Shown here piece by piece: positions 48,714 to 52,146 of a DNA stretch of 52,146 bases (within the stretch, counting starts at the first letter, position 1; each line of letters starts with the position of its first letter). The notes under the pieces were generated by a model. That model was given only the letters and a program-made list of their open reading frames with translations. It had not been told where the DNA came from and searched no databases. This DNA is from Microcoleaceae cyanobacterium (GTDB lineage Bacteria; Cyanobacteriota; Cyanobacteriia; Cyanobacteriales; Microcoleaceae), in the NCBI GenBank assembly GCA_051652765.1, contig JBOFUV010000065.1, positions 1-52,146 on the forward strand. Reading direction: 5' to 3'. The translations under genes and the position numbers were made by a program.

Positions 48714-51359
48714 ATGGCTTTTGAACTACAAATTCTGCATACCTCTGACCAGGAAGCCGGAATTCCGGCACTAAACGATGCCCCCGGACTTTCTGCGGTT
48801 TTAAATGCCCTAGAAGGCGACTTTGCCAACACCATTAAGCTGAGTTCTGGGGACATGTTCATTGCAGGGCCATTCTTCGATGCCAGTCGCAGAATCTATG
48901 ATGGCGGAGGCTCCGAAGGTCTACCTGGTGTGGCTGATATCCTAATTCAAAATGAACTTGGCTGGGATGCCGCTGCCGTGGGGAACCATGAGTTTACTGG
49001 GGGATCTGAAAACTTCTTCAATCTCCTTGCTCCCAATGCTGCGATTGTAAATGGAGCAGAAGGAGGCGGGCAAGGCATTGGGGCGGGAGGATATCCTGGT
49101 GCAGCTTTCCCCTATTTGGCCACAAACCTCGATTACACTAACGCTGCACTTCCTACCGGTTTAAGTGTTGTGCCAAGCGGGGGTTCCCCCCAGCCCAACA
49201 GCTTCACAGGCAGTGTAATCGTTGACATCAACGGTGAACAAGTTGGAGTTCTTGGGGCTGTAACCCCTTATCTCCCGGCTATTGCGAGTATTGGAAATAT
49301 CGTGATGGAAACTGGCGAGGGAATTACTTCTGGAACTCCAATTGACCAACAAGTGGATGTCCTGATTGAGAATCTTCAGCCTGAAGTTCAAGCCCTCACG
49401 GATGCTGGGATTAACAAGATCGTCTTAATGACTCACTTGCAAGAAGCCGAAATTGAACAAGCCTTGGCCCAAGCTTTGGTTGATCAGGATATTCCAGTAG
49501 ATGTGCATATAGGTGGTGGATCTCACCGAGTTATGGCAAGTGCAGGAACTATTCCACCGCTACGGGAAGACGAAACTCAGCAGAACAGTGGGCAGTTACT
49601 GATTCCCTATCCTCAAGAGTTTACCAATGGGGAAGACGATGACGCGGAAAACACAATTTACTACGTTAACACCGGGGCAAACTACCGTTACCTGAGTCAA
49701 CTCGTTGCCACCTTTGACGATAACGGAGTAATTACAGAAATTGGCGAGGACAGTGGTACTTTTGCAACGGACATTGCTGGAGTTGCTCGTGTCTATCCCA
49801 ATGAAACTGTTGCAACCATTGACGATGTCAAGGCTCTCGCTGACCCTGAGCTAGTTGCTATTGTTGAAGGAGTCGGCAGCTATGTTAATGGCCTAGATGC
49901 CATCATCTTTGGTCAAACTGATGTGTTCCTCAATGGGATTCGCGGCAGTGTTCGGACTGAAGAAACTAACCTAGGGAATTTAGCAGGTGATGCCAACGAC
50001 TTCTACGCAGAAGAGTATTTAGAAGCAGGTCTTCTCGGAGACGCGCTTGCTGCGTTTGATGGAATTGATATTTCTTTCAGGAATGGCGGCGGGATTCGGG
50101 ACGCCATCGGTGTATCTTTTGTTGCTGGCGGTGGGGATGACCTGATTCAACTACCACCTCCAGCCAACCCAGGGGTAAATAAGGAAGAAGGTGATGTTTC
50201 CCAACTTGATATTTCTAATTCACTCCGGTTCGACAACACCTTAACTGTAGGAACCATCACCGCAGCAGCTCTATACGAAACTGCTGAACATATGGTAGCC
50301 AGAGGGCCTACCGCCGCAGGGCAGTTTGGCCAGATTAGTGGTTTTGCCTTTAGCTATGACCTAACGGCTCAACCGCGCACAACTGAGCAGTCTGGAGCAC
50401 GGATTCAGAACTTGGCCATCCTGAATGAGGACGGAGGCATCAAAGACGCTGTAGTTCGGGATGGAGAACTGGTCGGCGACCCTAACCGTGTGTTTAGCGT
50501 GGTTACCTTGGGGTTTTTAGCAGGCGGAGGCGACAGCTATCCCCAAGTGATTGCCAATCAAGTTAACCTGGATGACCTGACAACAGCACCAGATTCTCTT
50601 GGGAATGCTGACTTACTGGCAGGAGGTGAACAAGATGCTCTAGCCGAGTACCTGGCAGCGTTCTTCAACGAGGATAATAGTCAAGCTGCCTTTGCAGAGG
50701 CAGACACACCCCAAACCCTAGACGAACGTATTCAAAACCTGGCCGTTCGGGAGGATACAGTTTTAGAGAGTGAGGAGATTGTCATTGAAGGAACCGATGG
50801 TTCTGATGAGCTGATCGGTTCAGATGCAAATGAAAGATTCTTTGCCAAAGCAGGCAAGGATACCGTTGCAGGCGGTCTGGGTGCTGATCAGATTGATGGG
50901 GGTGACGGCAATGATATCCTCCGGGGGGATTTGAACGAGCGCTTCTCGGGTGTAGAAGGTGACAATGACACGATTACAGGTGGGGCTGGAAATGACCGGA
51001 TTGGCGGCAAATCCGGTGACGACGAACTCTATGGCGATGAAGGGAATGACCGGATCTGGGGTGATGACGGAAATGACATCATTCGAGGTGGTGTGGGAAA
51101 TGACTTCATCTGGGGTGATGCAGCTTCCGTCGCCGAAGGATCTGACACCTTTATTCTGGCTGCTGGGGAAGGAACGGATACCCTCTTTGATTTTGAAGTT
51201 GGGATTGATTTCATTGGGTTAGCAGATGGCTTGACTTACGGTCAGCTCGAGCTAACTCAGGCTGGTAATCGTACGACGATCAGCTTCAACGATGAAACCC
51301 TGGCGATTTTGAAGGGTGTCGCCCAACCCCTAGGTGAAGCAAGTTTTACCCTGGTATAG
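48714..51359 (+). CDS. Metallophosphatase/5'-nucleotidase with C-terminal RTX calcium-binding repeats
   Basis: LHTSD, SGDMF, GNHEF, MTH, GGGSH, ETNLGNL, NGGGIR and GGDSY motifs; GGxGxD repeats at the C-terminus; no signal peptide. ATG 48714. Confidence 0.9.
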   Translation: MAFELQILHTSDQEAGIPALNDAPGLSAVLNALEGDFANTIKLSSGDMFIAGPFFDASRRIYDGGGSEGLPGVADILIQNELGWDAAAVGNHEFTGGSENFFNLLAPNAAIVNGAEGGGQGIGAGGYPGAAFPYLATNLDYTNAALPTGLSVVPSGGSPQPNSFTGSVIVDINGEQVGVLGAVTPYLPAIASIGNIVMETGEGITSGTPIDQQVDVLIENLQPEVQALTDAGINKIVLMTHLQEAEIEQALAQALVDQDIPVDVHIGGGSHRVMASAGTIPPLREDETQQNSGQLLIPYPQEFTNGEDDDAENTIYYVNTGANYRYLSQLVATFDDNGVITEIGEDSGTFATDIAGVARVYPNETVATIDDVKALADPELVAIVEGVGSYVNGLDAIIFGQTDVFLNGIRGSVRTEETNLGNLAGDANDFYAEEYLEAGLLGDALAAFDGIDISFRNGGGIRDAIGVSFVAGGGDDLIQLPPPANPGVNKEEGDVSQLDISNSLRFDNTLTVGTITAAALYETAEHMVARGPTAAGQFGQISGFAFSYDLTAQPRTTEQSGARIQNLAILNEDGGIKDAVVRDGELVGDPNRVFSVVTLGFLAGGGDSYPQVIANQVNLDDLTTAPDSLGNADLLAGGEQDALAEYLAAFFNEDNSQAAFAEADTPQTLDERIQNLAVREDTVLESEEIVIEGTDGSDELIGSDANERFFAKAGKDTVAGGLGADQIDGGDGNDILRGDLNERFSGVEGDNDTITGGAGNDRIGGKSGDDELYGDEGNDRIWGDDGNDIIRGGVGNDFIWGDAASVAEGSDTFILAAGEGTDTLFDFEVGIDFIGLADGLTYGQLELTQAGNRTTISFNDETLAILKGVAQPLGEASFTLV

Positions 51360-51440
51360 ATACCCTGGTATAAATACCAGGGTATAAATCTGTGTAGGAT
51401 ACGAAGTCAGTCAAGTTGTTAGGACTTGACTGACTTCGTA
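51347..51440. terminator. Terminator region: TACC[CA][TG]GGTATA x3 (forming an inverted repeat at 51360-51385) plus a perfect 17-bp-stem hairpin at 51400-51440
   Basis: TACGAAGTCAGTCAAGT-TGTTAGG-ACTTGACTGACTTCGTA. Confidence 0.75.
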
Positions 51441-51480
51441 GATAAACCTCTGGCAATCATTACTAATTGATGAGATCTCT

Positions 51481-51524
51481 GTAGGGCAGGCTTCCAGTTT
51501 GTAAGGGCAAGATGCCTGCTCCAC
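51481..51524 (-). repeat. REP-like 44-nt element (GTGG...CTAC)
   Basis: GTGGAGCAGGCATCTTGCCC...GAAGCCTGCCCTAC on the minus strand, imperfect palindrome, related to 16756-16799. Confidence 0.6.
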
Positions 51525-51575
51525 ATTCATCCTGCAAATCAGATTGCTGCAGGGCAATTTTCAATTCTTCGTTTT

Positions 51576-52146
51576 TCAATTCTTCGTTTTCCATTGGGTG
51601 AGGGCCTGTTGAGCCCGGTCATAGGAGGATGTTCCTGAGGGAACCAACTGTGCTGCCGCGATCGCCTCAGCAAAGTTATTCTGTGCAGCTCGTCCTTCCG
51701 CAATATCTAAAATGGCCTGACTCCAGCGTTCAATGTCTTGCTGGGCTTGGAGATAAAGTGGATCATTGGGTAAGATCTGCTGAGCTTGGGCGATCGCCTG
51801 ATTTAAATTTGAGGCAGAACTCTCTTGCAAGTTTGCCTTTGCCCGATTTAATTGAGTTTGACCGGGACTTTTGGGCTGAACTGGAACTGGACTTACTGGG
51901 GCTTGTCCTAAGGGGGGTTGGGTTTGGACTTGAGCGGGTGGGTTGGGAGAGGAAACCGTTGGTTTCTGACCTAGAAGGGCGGCCCGATTGGTGAAGAACA
52001 CAGCTAAGAGTAGGAATAGAGCGATCGCCAAGCTTCCCAACACAAGTCTGGGTGCAAATCCAGCCTCTGGATTTTGGACATCTCCAGATGTTCGAGCAGC
52101 ACTCAGGGATTGTGGGCGAGATTGGGGCGTGATCAATGATTCTCTG
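51576..52146 (-). CDS. C-terminal part of a membrane-anchored protein with a helical extracytoplasmic domain (5' end outside window)
   Basis: Frame is open to the window edge; TM helix, Pro/Gln linker and AIAQAQQI..DPLY.QAQQDIERWS repeats. Confidence 0.7.
   Translation of the reverse strand, partial: RESLITPQSRPQSLSAARTSGDVQNPEAGFAPRLVLGSLAIALFLLLAVFFTNRAALLGQKPTVSSPNPPAQVQTQPPLGQAPVSPVPVQPKSPGQTQLNRAKANLQESSASNLNQAIAQAQQILPNDPLYLQAQQDIERWSQAILDIAEGRAAQNNFAEAIAAAQLVPSGTSSYDRAQQALTQWKTKN

Larger units (their letters stand above)
1551..52028. repeat. HIP1 octamer GCGATCGC dispersed across the window (about 35 copies by eye)
   Basis: Examples at 1551, 5470, 9372, 20901, 22601 and 52021; hallmark of many cyanobacteria. 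Confidence 0.9.

Overview
Chromosomal segment of a cyanobacterium, probably a filamentous Oscillatoriales-type (inference). About 35 HIP1 GCGATCGC sites were counted by eye, and prk, ndhF4-ndhD4-cupB, ndhL and Yfr1 are present. Most of the window is core genes: gyrA, lnt, trxA, ndhL-DUF3007-trpA, ROK kinase, lytic transglycosylase, prk, NDH-1(4) CO2 uptake, ABC transporters, gpgS and an RTX 5'-nucleotidase. The ORF track misses several features. (1) A minus-strand Rho_N/DUF4912 gene starts at 2066 and runs off the left edge; its C-terminal part is at least 55 SG[IV]GLT[TA]/SG[IV]GIGxSx repeats (at least 405 aa), and the Pro-rich plus-strand ORFs there are antisense shadows. (2) A small accessory island (about 6.8-9.75 kb) holds a truncated, frameshifted TPR gene, a RelE-type toxin-antitoxin pair and a nonsense-broken antitoxin-like ORF; the last two lie between two paralogous copies of the TPR gene 3' tail. 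(3) Also present are the Yfr1 sRNA, a degenerate tRNA-Pro(TGG) remnant, an NtcA-type promoter at gpgS, a Pho box before the nucleotidase, REP-like elements and a perfect 46-bp palindrome. No CRISPR array, transposase or integrase was seen.
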